From: Candidatus Nomurabacteria bacterium
GTDB taxonomy: Bacteria; Patescibacteriota; Minisyncoccia; Phycocordibacterales; UBA2100
DNA length: 64,000 nucleotides
Direction: 5' to 3'
Assembly: GCA_943356775.1 (NCBI GenBank)
Contig: CALRFU010000005.1
Coordinates: 11,671-75,670 of the forward strand
The notes beneath the pieces were generated by a model that had not been told where the DNA came from, did no database searches, and was given only the letters and a program-made list of their open reading frames with translations. The translations under genes and the position numbers were made by a program. Below are positions 9,718-19,448 of the stretch, piece after piece. The first letter of the stretch is position 1; each line of letters starts with the position of its first letter.

Positions 9718-9755
9718 ATTGTTTATCTTATCCGGTCGGATAAATTAAACAATAA
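9717..9755. promoter_or_regulatory. Nested palindrome TATTGTTTA-N20-TAAACAATA (upstream copy) abutting the start codon
   Basis: Same arm and inner ATCCGGTCGGAT dyad as 9087..9125. Begins 1 nt upstream of the ATG of the 9130..9717 gene. Confidence 0.6.
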
Positions 9756-9816
9756 AGGTTTTACACAGGATTACATTGGAAACGACGGGGAACGAGGCGC
9801 CGACGTTACTGAGACA

Positions 9817-12800
9817 TTACCTCTCCACCGACTCTTTCCGACTCTGGCTTTCTGGAATTTCAGCAGGTGCGGCGGCAGCGAATTCTGCCTCCATTTGCGC
9901 TATCATTTTGTGTTTCTTGCTTCCCTTGAATCCGGTACCGGCAGGGATAAGGCGACCGATGATGACGTTCTCTTTGAGACCGATGAGGCGGTCCACGGCG
10001 CCCGAGACAGCGGCTTCAGCGAGCTTTCGCGGCGTGTTTTGGAATGAGATTGCCGAGAGGAAGGATGCACGTGTGAGCGAGACTTCGGTGATACCGAGCA
10101 AGAGCTGCCTGCCCTTCGCTGGTTCGCCGCCGACTTCTTTTTGCACTTTGTTGATGCGTTCGAATTCGAAATCAGCGACTATCTCTCCTGCTGAGACTCC
10201 TGTGTCGCCTGAGGTTGTGACAGAGACACGAGAGAACATCTGCTTGACGATGACTTCCAAGTGCTTGCGGCCCGTGGATACACCCTGGAGCTCGTAGATG
10301 CGCGTAATTTCGTTGATGATGTATTGCTGTGCACGTTCCTTGCCTGCGAGCATGAAGAGCTCGTCGAGGTCGGCGGAACCGTCGGTGAGGAATTCTCCCT
10401 TGGTGACGGTGGCGCCCTGCTTCACGAGAATCGTGCGAAGTGGGTGGATGCGGTATTCGGTCTCTTTCTTTTGTGCCTTCGCGGTCTTCGCGGTCGAAGC
10501 AACATCAGGGACAATCGTGATGACAGTCTCCTGTCCGTCTTTGATGATATCCGCCACGATACCTGTAACACGCGAGATGGTAGCGGGGAGTTTCGGCTCG
10601 CGGGTTTCGAATACTTCTTCAACGCGTGGAAGACCCATGGTGATGTCTCCGCCTGCAGTCGCGACGCCTCCGGTGTGGAAGGTACGCATAGTGAGCTGAG
10701 TTCCCGGCTCGCCGATAGCCTGGGCGGCGATGACGCCGATTGCTTCTCCGACATCAACGATTTCGCCGGTTGTGAGGTCCATACCGTAGCACTTCTGACA
10801 GACGCCGCGTGCCACCTTACAGGTCATTGGAGAGCGTACAGTGACTTCTGTTGCGTTGCTGTCTTCAACGGCCTTGGCATCATCGCGATTCAAGAGATGA
10901 TTACGCTTGAAGCCTCCTCCATCTTCTGCGAGCACACGACCATTTACACGGTCTCCGAATGAGCCGCCGATATTTTCTTTGCCCGGGCGTGGGATGAGAA
11001 CACCTTCCTTGGTACCGCAGTCTTCTTCCAAGACGACGACGTCGTGAGCGACATCGAAGAGACGGCGCGTGAGGTACCCTGCGCGTGCCGTGTTGAGCGC
11101 GGTGTCGGCAAGACCTTTACGGGCGCCGTGTGTCGAGATGAAGTATTCAATCGGAGTAAGACCTTCTTTGAGTGAAGATGTAATAGGGAATTCGATGATT
11201 TCTCCGCGTGGGTTTGTGATGAGACCTTTCATACCCACCATCTGGTGGAGCTGTACGACGGAACCACGGGCGCCGGATGTAATCATGTCGTGCACAGGGC
11301 CTGTGTTGTCGAGCGCCTCGACGACGTGCTTGCGCAATTCGCCTGATACCCGGCCCCAGATTTCAATGGTCATGCGACGGCGTTCGTCTTCAGTAAGAAG
11401 CCCCTGGTTGTAGTTATCGAGCTCTTTCGCAGCCTGTTCGCGGCCCGCCTTAACCATTTCTTCCTTCACTTCAGGAATAACGACATCGGAAATTGCCCAT
11501 GTGATACCTGCATATGTCGCGTAGCGGAAACCGAATTTCTTGATTGCGTCGAGAATCTTTGGGATACCGTCGAGCTGGTAGTGCGTAACGAGGTTCTGCA
11601 CGAGAGCACTCATGCGCTTGTTGGTGATTTCTTCGTTGAGGAAAGGGAAGTCGCTCGGCAAGACGGAATTGAAGAGAAGACGGCCGACGGTTGTTTCGAA
11701 CACTTTACCTTCGTACTGGGCGTACTTCTTGTTTTCAGTCGGAAGCACTCTGATTTTTGCGCGCAAATCTACCGCGTTGAAATCGTGTGCGGTTATAGCG
11801 GCATTGGTGGAAGGGAATGCACTTCCCTCTCCTTTCAGTCCATCGACGGACTTGGTCATCCAGTAACAACCCAAGACGATATCGAGAAGCTTGGATGCGA
11901 CGACGACGTCGCCCGAACCCGGCTTCAGGATGTTTTTGTTGGCGGACATCATCATCTTCGCTTCCATTTGAGCGGCTTCGGAGAGCGGTACGTGTACAGC
12001 CATCGCGTCGCCGTCGAAGTCGGCGTTGTACGCAGGACAGACGAGCGGATGCACTTGGATAGCATTGCCTTCGATGAGTACCGGGCGGAACGCCTGGATA
12101 GACTGGCGGTGAAGTGTCGGTGCGCGGTTCAAGAGTACGTACTTGTCTTTGATTGCCTCTTCGAGAATTGGCCAGACCTCCGGTGCCTCGTCTTCAATGA
12201 GACGGCCGGCTCCGCGGATGTTGTAAGCGAGTTCACGTGCGAGGAGTCCTTGGATGACGAACGGACGGAAGAGCTCGAGCACCATGTGCTTCGGAAGACC
12301 ACACTCGTCGAGTGCGAGGTCCGGTCCGACGACGATGACAGAGCGGCCCGAGTAATCGACACGCTTACCGAGGAGGTTTTGGCGGAGGTAACCGTGTTTA
12401 CCCTTCAAGTAATCAGCGAGGGATTTGAGTGCGCGGCGGCGGCCACCGAGGATACCGAGCACACCTGCACCACGGCGCATGGAGTTGTCGAGGAGCGCGT
12501 CGACGGCTTCCTGGAGAATGCGCTTTTCGTTGCGGAGAATGACTTCCGGAGCGTGGATGGCGAGCAACCGCTTCAAGCGGTTGTTACGGTTGATGACGCG
12601 GCGGTAGAGGTCGTTCAAGTCGGAAGATGCATGACGACCCCCTTCGAGTGCGACCATCGGGCGGAGTGCCGGCGGTACTACAGGGAGACGCGTCATAAAC
12701 ATCCACTCAGGGCGCACACCTGCACGCTGCAAGCTCTCGGCGAGGCCGAGGCGCTTACGGAGTTTGTCGCGGTCTGCGGCACCGGAGTTTTCGTACTCCT

Positions 12801-13518
12801 CCTTCACCTTCTTGATGAAGACCTCGATGTCGATATTTTTCAAAATGGTGTACAGCGCCTCGGCTCCGATGGATGCACGGAACATAGCGCCGTACTTAAC
12901 GGCGAAGAGATGGTACGCGGCCTCATCGAGGACGACACCCATCCGGACGGATTCTATTTCTTTCTTGGCTTTCGTCGCGCGTTCTTTGAGATCGGTCTTT
13001 ACCTCGGCGGTTGCGGCGGCTTTGTTCTTGGTCGCGAATTCAAGTTCCAATTCCTTGAGCAATCGCTCGCGCTCTTTTTCATCGACATGCGTGACGATGT
13101 AGCCTGCGAAGTAGACGACTTTTTCTACCTCTGCAGCCGAGAGGCCGAGCATGAGTGCGATGCGAGAAGGAATTCCGCGAAGGAACCAGATGTGCGAAAC
13201 GGGTGTCGCGAGGTCGATGTGACCCATGCGCTCACGGCGGACGATAGCGCGAGTGATTTCGACGCCACATTTTTCACACACGATGCCGCGAAAACGGATA
13301 CCCCGGTATTTTCCGCAGTAACATTCGTAGTCTTTCTCAGGTCCGAATACGCGCTCGTCGAAGAGTCCGTTCTTCTCGGGGCGCTGGGTGCGGTAGTTGA
13401 TGGTCTCAGGCTTTGTTATCTCGCCGAAACTCCACTCCAACATGCGGTCAGGAGAGGCGAGTCGCATTGCGACCGCTTCGAAGTCCTGTGGGATGACGTC
13501 TTTCTTTTTTATTGCCAT
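9817..13518 (-). CDS. rpoC: DNA-directed RNA polymerase subunit beta' RpoC
   Basis: 1233 aa with zinc finger CYCGKYRGIRFRGIVCEKCGVEI and the NADFDGDAMAVH catalytic motif. Confidence 0.97.
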   Translation of the reverse strand: MAIKKKDVIPQDFEAVAMRLASPDRMLEWSFGEITKPETINYRTQRPEKNGLFDERVFGPEKDYECYCGKYRGIRFRGIVCEKCGVEITRAIVRRERMGHIDLATPVSHIWFLRGIPSRIALMLGLSAAEVEKVVYFAGYIVTHVDEKERERLLKELELEFATKNKAAATAEVKTDLKERATKAKKEIESVRMGVVLDEAAYHLFAVKYGAMFRASIGAEALYTILKNIDIEVFIKKVKEEYENSGAADRDKLRKRLGLAESLQRAGVRPEWMFMTRLPVVPPALRPMVALEGGRHASSDLNDLYRRVINRNNRLKRLLAIHAPEVILRNEKRILQEAVDALLDNSMRRGAGVLGILGGRRRALKSLADYLKGKHGYLRQNLLGKRVDYSGRSVIVVGPDLALDECGLPKHMVLELFRPFVIQGLLARELAYNIRGAGRLIEDEAPEVWPILEEAIKDKYVLLNRAPTLHRQSIQAFRPVLIEGNAIQVHPLVCPAYNADFDGDAMAVHVPLSEAAQMEAKMMMSANKNILKPGSGDVVVASKLLDIVLGCYWMTKSVDGLKGEGSAFPSTNAAITAHDFNAVDLRAKIRVLPTENKKYAQYEGKVFETTVGRLLFNSVLPSDFPFLNEEITNKRMSALVQNLVTHYQLDGIPKILDAIKKFGFRYATYAGITWAISDVVIPEVKEEMVKAGREQAAKELDNYNQGLLTEDERRRMTIEIWGRVSGELRKHVVEALDNTGPVHDMITSGARGSVVQLHQMVGMKGLITNPRGEIIEFPITSSLKEGLTPIEYFISTHGARKGLADTALNTARAGYLTRRLFDVAHDVVVLEEDCGTKEGVLIPRPGKENIGGSFGDRVNGRVLAEDGGGFKRNHLLNRDDAKAVEDSNATEVTVRSPMTCKVARGVCQKCYGMDLTTGEIVDVGEAIGVIAAQAIGEPGTQLTMRTFHTGGVATAGGDITMGLPRVEEVFETREPKLPATISRVTGIVADIIKDGQETVITIVPDVASTAKTAKAQKKETEYRIHPLRTILVKQGATVTKGEFLTDGSADLDELFMLAGKERAQQYIINEITRIYELQGVSTGRKHLEVIVKQMFSRVSVTTSGDTGVSAGEIVADFEFERINKVQKEVGGEPAKGRQLLLGITEVSLTRASFLSAISFQNTPRKLAEAAVSGAVDRLIGLKENVIIGRLIPAGTGFKGSKKHKMIAQMEAEFAAAAPAEIPESQSRKESVER

Positions 13519-13530
13519 ACAGATGTGTGA

Positions 13531-16500
13531 TTAGAAGTTTTGCGAGCCGCCTTTAAATTCAATGTCGATACCGAGCCCACGCAAATGTCTGACCAGGACA
13601 TTAAACGTAGCCGGTGTATTCGATTCTTGAATGCGTTTGCCGGAAACGATGGCATCGAACGCGGCCGAGCGACCGAGGATGTCGTCGGATTTGATGGTGA
13701 GAATTTCGCGCAGAGAGTATGCGGCGCCGTAACCCAAGAATGCCCAGACTTCCATTTCGCCCACGCGCTGACCGCCGTTCTGAGCTTTACCGCCGAGAGG
13801 CTGCTGCGTCGTGAGTGAGTACGGTCCGATTGAGCGCATGTGAATTTTGTCTTCCACCATGTGGTGAAGCTTGAGGATGTACATGACGCCGACCGATACA
13901 GGCTGAGCGAATGCTTCTCCTGTCCGCCCGTCGAAAAGGATGCGCTTTCCTGTCTCTGAGACGCCCGCTTTCGCAAGTTCGCCGCGAATTTCTTCTTCAG
14001 TCGCGCCTGCAAACGAAGGGACGATGGCCTGATAGCCGAGCATGTCTGCGGCAAGCCCCAGGTGAAGCTCAAGAATTTGTCCGAGGTTCATACGCGAAGG
14101 CACGCCGAGCGGTGTGAGGATGATGTCGACAGGATTGCCGTCCTTATCGAATGGCATGTCTTCTTCCGGCAAGATGCGGGAGATGACGCCTTTGTTGCCG
14201 TGACGGCCGGCGAGCTTGTCTCCGACCGAGATGGTGCGGAGCTGTGCCACTTCGATGTGTACGCGCTTGATGACGCCCGACTCGAGTTGGTCGCCGGTCT
14301 CGCGTGAGAATATTTTGACGCCGATGACACGACCGCGCTTACCTCCTTCCATGCGGAGCGAAGTGTCTTTCACGTCCTTCGCCTTCTCACCGAAGATTGC
14401 GTGCAAGAGGCGCTCTTCCGGCGTGAGCTGCGTCTCGCCTTTCGGAGTGACTTTACCGACGAGGATGTCGCCCGAGCGCACTTCTGCGCCGATGCGGATG
14501 ACTCCGTCTTCGTCGAGGTTGCGGAGTTTGAATTCTGAAACGTTGGGGATGTCGTGAGTCGTCACCTCAGCACCGAGCTTCGTATCGCGGACGACACAGA
14601 TGAACTCTTCCATGTGTATAGAGGTGAAGCGGGCTTCCTTGGCGAGCTTCTCGGAAATGACGATGGCGTCTTCGAAGTTGGCGCCAAACCACGGCAAGAA
14701 CGCCACACGGACGTTTTGTCCGATAGCGAGCTGACCGCCGACGGAGGTGGAAGTATCAGCGAGGACGGTCCCCTTCTTCACCGAATCACCGACCGAGATA
14801 AGCGGGCGCTGGTGGAAAGTGGTGAATCCGTTGGTACGGGAGAAATTGACGAGCGGGTGCTCCTTGGTCTTGCCGTCGGTGTTTTTGACCTTAATCATCT
14901 GGGCATCGGCATAGATGACCTCTCCTGCCTCTTCGGCAATAATGAGACGTCCGGAGTCACGCGCTGCGGCAGCTTCGACACCCGTCGCAACGACCGGAGC
15001 CTCAGGTACCACGAGTGGTACTGCCTGCTTTTGCATGTTCGAACCCATCAGCGCACGGTTGGCGTCGTCGTTTTCAACGAACGGAATGAGCGAGGTTGCA
15101 ACGGAGAACGGTTGGTTGGTCGCGACTTCCATGAAGTCCACGTTTTCGCGCTTCACCAATGTCGGATTCCCTTCACGACGCACTTCTACGACTTTCGGAG
15201 AGATGTGTCCTAATTCGTCGCGTGGGATTCCTGCGTGCGCGATAGCATACTGCTCTTCTTCGAGTGCATTCAAGTAAACGATTTCTTTGGTGACGAGACC
15301 TTTCTCGACTTTTGCGTACGGCGTCTCGATGATGCCGAATTCATTTGGCCGTGCGTAGAGTGACATGTGGAGCACGAGACCGATATTCTTACCTTCAGGG
15401 GTGTGAATCGGGCAGACGCGGCCGTAGTGCGAGGAGTGCACGTCGCGCACTTCAAGACCTGCGCGCTCCGAGGTGAGTCCGCCGCGACCGAGTGTGGAGA
15501 GTGTGCGGAGGTGTTCGATTTCGTCGAGCGTATTGTATTGCTGCATGAGCTGCGAAAGCTGGTCGGTCGTGAAGAATTCACGGATGGCAGCCTGGAACGG
15601 GCGCGGGTTGACGAACGAGACGGGGTTTGTGGTCTCGGCATCCACCATCGCCATACGGTCCTGGATGTTGCGCTTCATGCGGGAAAGACCGACACGCATA
15701 CGGCCTTCGAGGAGCTCTCCGGCGAAACGTACGCGGCGGAAGCCCAAGTGGTCGATGTCGTCTGCCTGTGCCGCAGGATTTGCGTTTGATTCAGCGATGT
15801 GGGTGATGATGCGAATTACATCGGCGAGGGTCAGTGTGACATTGGCGAGGTCTTTTTCTGCGATTCCAAGGCCGAAGCGACGATTGAAATGGAAACGGCC
15901 AACACGCGAGAAGTCGTAGCGCTCGGGCGACAAAATGGATGCGACGTGGTCGCGGGCGGACTCAGGCGTCGCGATATCGCCGTCGCGAAGGCGGCGGTAT
16001 ATCTCTACAAAAGCCTCTTCAGGCGTCTTGGCATGGTCGTGTTCGAGGGTTTTGACCATCGCATCGCGGGCAAGCGGCGATTTCTCGAATTGAGCAAGCA
16101 CCTCTTTCTCGCTGGAGAGTCCCAAGACGCGCAAGAGCGACGTCACGGGGAACTTTCGTTTGCGATCAATCTTTACGTAAATACCGCCGTCTGCATCAGA
16201 CTCTATTTCTATCCAAACGCCGCGCGCCGGAATAATCTTAGCGGCAAAATAGCTCTTACCTTTGTAAGGAATGGATTCAAAGAAAACGCCGTACGACCGG
16301 GCGAGCTGCGGCACGACGATGCGCTCAACCCCGTTGATGACAAAGGTACCGTGCGGAGTCATCCACGGGAAATCCGCGAGGAAGATTTCCTGCTCTTTCT
16401 CGTCGCCGGTCGTTTTGTTCTTGAGACGGACGACCATCGAGAGCGGGGCCTCGTAGGTCTTCATTGCACGCTTCGCGTACTGTTCGTCCCAGCGCAAATC

Positions 16501-16710
16501 GCCGAAAGAAAACTTCACGAGTTTCAATTCGAACTTTTTGCCGGAGTGGTCGGAAATCGGGGAGAATTCCTTGAACACACGTTCAGCACCTCCGTCGACG
16601 AAGTCCTGAAAAGATTTTATCTGCGCTTCAACGAGGCTTGGGAATTTTACGAGTGGCTCGATGAACTTGCCGAAGTACTTCTGCGGTCGCACTGATTTCT
16701 GTTTCGCCAT
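13531..16710 (-). CDS. rpoB: DNA-directed RNA polymerase subunit beta RpoB
   Basis: 1059 aa with conserved C-terminal GGQRVGEMEVWAFLGYGAAYSLREILTIKSDD; immediately upstream of rpoC. Confidence 0.97.
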   Translation of the reverse strand: MAKQKSVRPQKYFGKFIEPLVKFPSLVEAQIKSFQDFVDGGAERVFKEFSPISDHSGKKFELKLVKFSFGDLRWDEQYAKRAMKTYEAPLSMVVRLKNKTTGDEKEQEIFLADFPWMTPHGTFVINGVERIVVPQLARSYGVFFESIPYKGKSYFAAKIIPARGVWIEIESDADGGIYVKIDRKRKFPVTSLLRVLGLSSEKEVLAQFEKSPLARDAMVKTLEHDHAKTPEEAFVEIYRRLRDGDIATPESARDHVASILSPERYDFSRVGRFHFNRRFGLGIAEKDLANVTLTLADVIRIITHIAESNANPAAQADDIDHLGFRRVRFAGELLEGRMRVGLSRMKRNIQDRMAMVDAETTNPVSFVNPRPFQAAIREFFTTDQLSQLMQQYNTLDEIEHLRTLSTLGRGGLTSERAGLEVRDVHSSHYGRVCPIHTPEGKNIGLVLHMSLYARPNEFGIIETPYAKVEKGLVTKEIVYLNALEEEQYAIAHAGIPRDELGHISPKVVEVRREGNPTLVKRENVDFMEVATNQPFSVATSLIPFVENDDANRALMGSNMQKQAVPLVVPEAPVVATGVEAAAARDSGRLIIAEEAGEVIYADAQMIKVKNTDGKTKEHPLVNFSRTNGFTTFHQRPLISVGDSVKKGTVLADTSTSVGGQLAIGQNVRVAFLPWFGANFEDAIVISEKLAKEARFTSIHMEEFICVVRDTKLGAEVTTHDIPNVSEFKLRNLDEDGVIRIGAEVRSGDILVGKVTPKGETQLTPEERLLHAIFGEKAKDVKDTSLRMEGGKRGRVIGVKIFSRETGDQLESGVIKRVHIEVAQLRTISVGDKLAGRHGNKGVISRILPEEDMPFDKDGNPVDIILTPLGVPSRMNLGQILELHLGLAADMLGYQAIVPSFAGATEEEIRGELAKAGVSETGKRILFDGRTGEAFAQPVSVGVMYILKLHHMVEDKIHMRSIGPYSLTTQQPLGGKAQNGGQRVGEMEVWAFLGYGAAYSLREILTIKSDDILGRSAAFDAIVSGKRIQESNTPATFNVLVRHLRGLGIDIEFKGGSQNF

Positions 16711-16973
16711 AATAACAAGGTTTCCGTACGATGCTTCGCATCGCAGGTAAGAATCATTATTAAATTTTTAGTAAAATGAGACTTTCGTCTCATGCTGTCT
16801 GCGTCGCTCGGAAATGAAAACGAGTTTTCATTTCACTCACTATCCTCGACAGACAAAAGGCTTTCCCCGAACCAAAACCTTTTACTAAAAGCGCAGCCAG
16901 AACTCAATCGGCTCGTAGCAAATGTCGGCAGAGTATAAGCGAGACCCCGCCCAGTGTCAAGCGCAAATTTTGG

Positions 16974-17906
16974 CTAATAACCTTTCTCATCAACCGTCAC
17001 CCCGCTGCGAATTCCAATTTGAGCATTTGATTTGGTCGATTCCTTATCTAGTTCATCAAGAAGGCTCCTGAACTCTGTCATCCACGCGGGGTCTAAGTAT
17101 CCTTGTAGATTTCGTGTTAGATTCTTCAATCGATACTCTCCGCCCCCCTTCGGTCCGTGACCGACATAGCTCCTGTACAATATGCCTGCTTCGTCTGCTG
17201 TCCGATGTTCGGACTGGAACGCAAGTATCTCGTATATTAATTGGACAAGATTTGCAGCAAATTCCGTTCGATAGTCTTCCTTGAGACCTCGAGGCAGACT
17301 CATTGATTGAGCCAGTTGTAGAGATTGCCCAAGCCATCTGTCCGCTTTTTCTCCAAAATTAAAAGGGAATTCCTTGTTTATCGCCGCTGCGGCTTTCGTA
17401 AATCTTTCAAAACCTTTCGGAGTAACGTCACCGTGATACGTTTTTACGTGACTCTGATAGGCGTCATACATAACCTTACTTGCCCCCGGAGCGCTTGTGC
17501 CCGTGTCGACCTTCAACAATTTGAACTTGTTCCAATTCTTTTCTTTGACAGCCCTGAGCGCTTCCATAACCAACTCTTGTGTCTGCTTTATTGCTTCGGG
17601 GTCTCTGTTTTGTTCTTTCCCCAAAGAATCAAGTACCGAGCTTTTCGCCGAAAGACCTCCGAGCGTCTGGTCTACTACAGATCTAAACTCGGCAACTTTA
17701 TCAGCCGGAACTTCACCCTTATATGCCAAACGCATATTATCCCACGCTGTAAGAACAGCTGCCTCCGTGGCAAGATCATCTCCCTGTTTTGCAGATTGCT
17801 CAGCCACTGTTAATTGCTCTTTTGCATCATCTGCAAATTTCTCATCCCTCTTTTCATCTCCCTGCACTGAATTACCTTGAGGTTTTATCGCATTAGGCAT
17901 GCTCAC
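16974..17906 (-). CDS. Hypothetical soluble protein (310 aa)
   Basis: Long ORF with no TM segment or recognisable motif, AT-richer than its neighbours, lying between an IS-like element and rpoB. Confidence 0.5.
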   Translation of the reverse strand: MSMPNAIKPQGNSVQGDEKRDEKFADDAKEQLTVAEQSAKQGDDLATEAAVLTAWDNMRLAYKGEVPADKVAEFRSVVDQTLGGLSAKSSVLDSLGKEQNRDPEAIKQTQELVMEALRAVKEKNWNKFKLLKVDTGTSAPGASKVMYDAYQSHVKTYHGDVTPKGFERFTKAAAAINKEFPFNFGEKADRWLGQSLQLAQSMSLPRGLKEDYRTEFAANLVQLIYEILAFQSEHRTADEAGILYRSYVGHGPKGGGEYRLKNLTRNLQGYLDPAWMTEFRSLLDELDKESTKSNAQIGIRSGVTVDEKGY

Positions 17907-17951
17907 ATTTTACACCAAAAAGCACCACGAGCATTGACCAAAATCGACTCT

Positions 17952-18685
17952 CTTCGGAGGTTAAACCTTCGGAGATTCGTGGTACGCTAGACGGATGGCA
18001 ACACGGGCACCATGCGTGACAGACGAGTGGTATCACTGCTACAACAGGGGTGTCGACAAGCGCAAGGTTTTCGAGTCGAAGGCGGACTATGAACGCTTCA
18101 CCGCCCTCTTATATGTTTCAAACGGGGATAAGACCGAGGCTATTTCCGACAGGTACCGCAGAGATTTGCAGTCGATTCTCGCAGGTGACCCCGCGGAGCG
18201 GGGCAGACCCCTCGTAGACATCGCTGCTTTTTCCTTGATGCCTACCCATGTCCACTTGGTGTTACAACAACTGCAAGACGGCGGGATTGCCCGATTCATG
18301 CAGAAAGTATTTACCGGCTACACGATGCATTTCAATGCGAGGCGGGAGCGAACCGGCGCCTTGTTCGCGGGTACATACAAAGCGAAACACATCGACGACG
18401 ATAGATATCTCAAGAAGGTGATTCCGTACGTTATTTTGAATCCTGCGGAGCTATTTGAACCGAAATGGAAACAAGGAAAATGCGATGTTCGAAAGGTGCG
18501 CGCGCAATTGTTGGAATATCCCTACTCCAGTGTGAAAGAGTTCTTCAGTAAAGACGCAACGGCCCAGAAAATCACTGGCGCAGGTATACGAGAATACTTC
18601 GACCGAATGCCGAATCTGACGGAAATGCTTAGAGACGCGCAGGACTACTACCGTGAGTATTCTCCGGAGGTTTAACCTCCGGAGT
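17952..18685 (+). mobile_element. Compact IS-like element: HUH Y1 transposase gene flanked by 23-bp terminal inverted repeats
   Basis: Left end 17952..17974 is CTTCGGAG-GTTAAAC-CTTCGGAG. Right end 18663..18685 is CTCCGGAG-GTTTAAC-CTCCGGAG, the reverse complement of the left end with 2 mismatches. They enclose the 17995..18675 transposase ORF. Confidence 0.6.
17995..18675 (+). CDS. tnpA: IS200/IS605-family (RAYT-like) HUH tyrosine transposase
   Basis: 226 aa with YHCYNRGVDKRKVF..., the HUH motif MPTHVHLVL, and catalytic-Tyr region FTGYTMHFNARRE...GALFAGTYKAKHI. Confidence 0.7.
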   Translation: MATRAPCVTDEWYHCYNRGVDKRKVFESKADYERFTALLYVSNGDKTEAISDRYRRDLQSILAGDPAERGRPLVDIAAFSLMPTHVHLVLQQLQDGGIARFMQKVFTGYTMHFNARRERTGALFAGTYKAKHIDDDRYLKKVIPYVILNPAELFEPKWKQGKCDVRKVRAQLLEYPYSSVKEFFSKDATAQKITGAGIREYFDRMPNLTEMLRDAQDYYREYSPEV

Positions 18686-19321
18686 TTTACGTGATTTCTT
18701 CCATTCCTCGATTTTGGCGTGATGGCCGGAGAGGAGAATCTTGGGGACCCGGTGTTTTTTACCTTTCCACTCAAGAACCTCCGGTCGGGTGTAGACGTCG
18801 GGGCTCGATACACGGGATGCTTCAAGGGATTCTGCCTTACCCAAGACCCCCGGTACAAAGCGGGAAATAGCGTCTATAAGAGTGGCTGCCGGAAGCTCCC
18901 CGCCCGTGAGCACATACGGTCCGACAGAGACTTTCTTTGCCTTCAGTATTTTTTGTACGCGCGCATCTACTCCTTCGTAGTGTCCGCAAATAAAAAGTAT
19001 GTCTTTCTTTTTGGAAAGCTCCTTGGCCATCACCTCATCGAATACCACGCCATCAGTGGCGAAGAATATCTTTTCAACTCCTTTTTTATTCCCTATCGCC
19101 TTCTGCGCCGCGCGCAACATCCCATCCGGCTCTAAAACCATACCGGGTCCGCCACCGTATGGTCGTCTGTCGACACGTCCATGTCTGTCTCGAGTGAACT
19201 TTTTCGGGTCGTAATATGAAATTTTTATTTTTTTTGCGGCAATCGCACGGCCAATGATAGAAGCGTTGAGATACGGCTCAATAGATTCGGGAAACAAAGT
19301 AACGACGTGAAAATGTAGCAT
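18629..19321 (-). CDS. trmD: tRNA (guanine37-N1)-methyltransferase TrmD
   Basis: MLHFHVVTLFPESIEPYLNASIIGRA...DDRPYGGGPGMVL motifs. Its 3' end overlaps the IS-like element's right end. Confidence 0.9.
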   Translation of the reverse strand: MLHFHVVTLFPESIEPYLNASIIGRAIAAKKIKISYYDPKKFTRDRHGRVDRRPYGGGPGMVLEPDGMLRAAQKAIGNKKGVEKIFFATDGVVFDEVMAKELSKKKDILFICGHYEGVDARVQKILKAKKVSVGPYVLTGGELPAATLIDAISRFVPGVLGKAESLEASRVSSPDVYTRPEVLEWKGKKHRVPKILLSGHHAKIEEWKKSRKTPEVKPPENTHGSSPARL

Positions 19322-19448
19322 GCGTATTTCTCAACCTCAGAGAGGCAGCCTGTCTTTTTGGAGACCCCGCAGGGCTTGGCCCGAGGACAGTGCATTTTTC
19401 AGCAGAAAAATGTTGTTCTCCAAAAAGACAGGTTGCTGAACGACCCCC

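Noticed and set aside
11581-13530. 649-aa ORF on the plus strand
   Set aside because: Entirely antisense to rpoC, which is unambiguous. It is a typical spurious long ORF on the opposite strand of a high-GC gene with no motif content. The same applies to 15799..16695 (antisense to rpoB), 20959..22020 (Ser/Arg-rich, antisense to smc), 33522..34556 (antisense to dnaE) and 36606..37376 (antisense to thrS).
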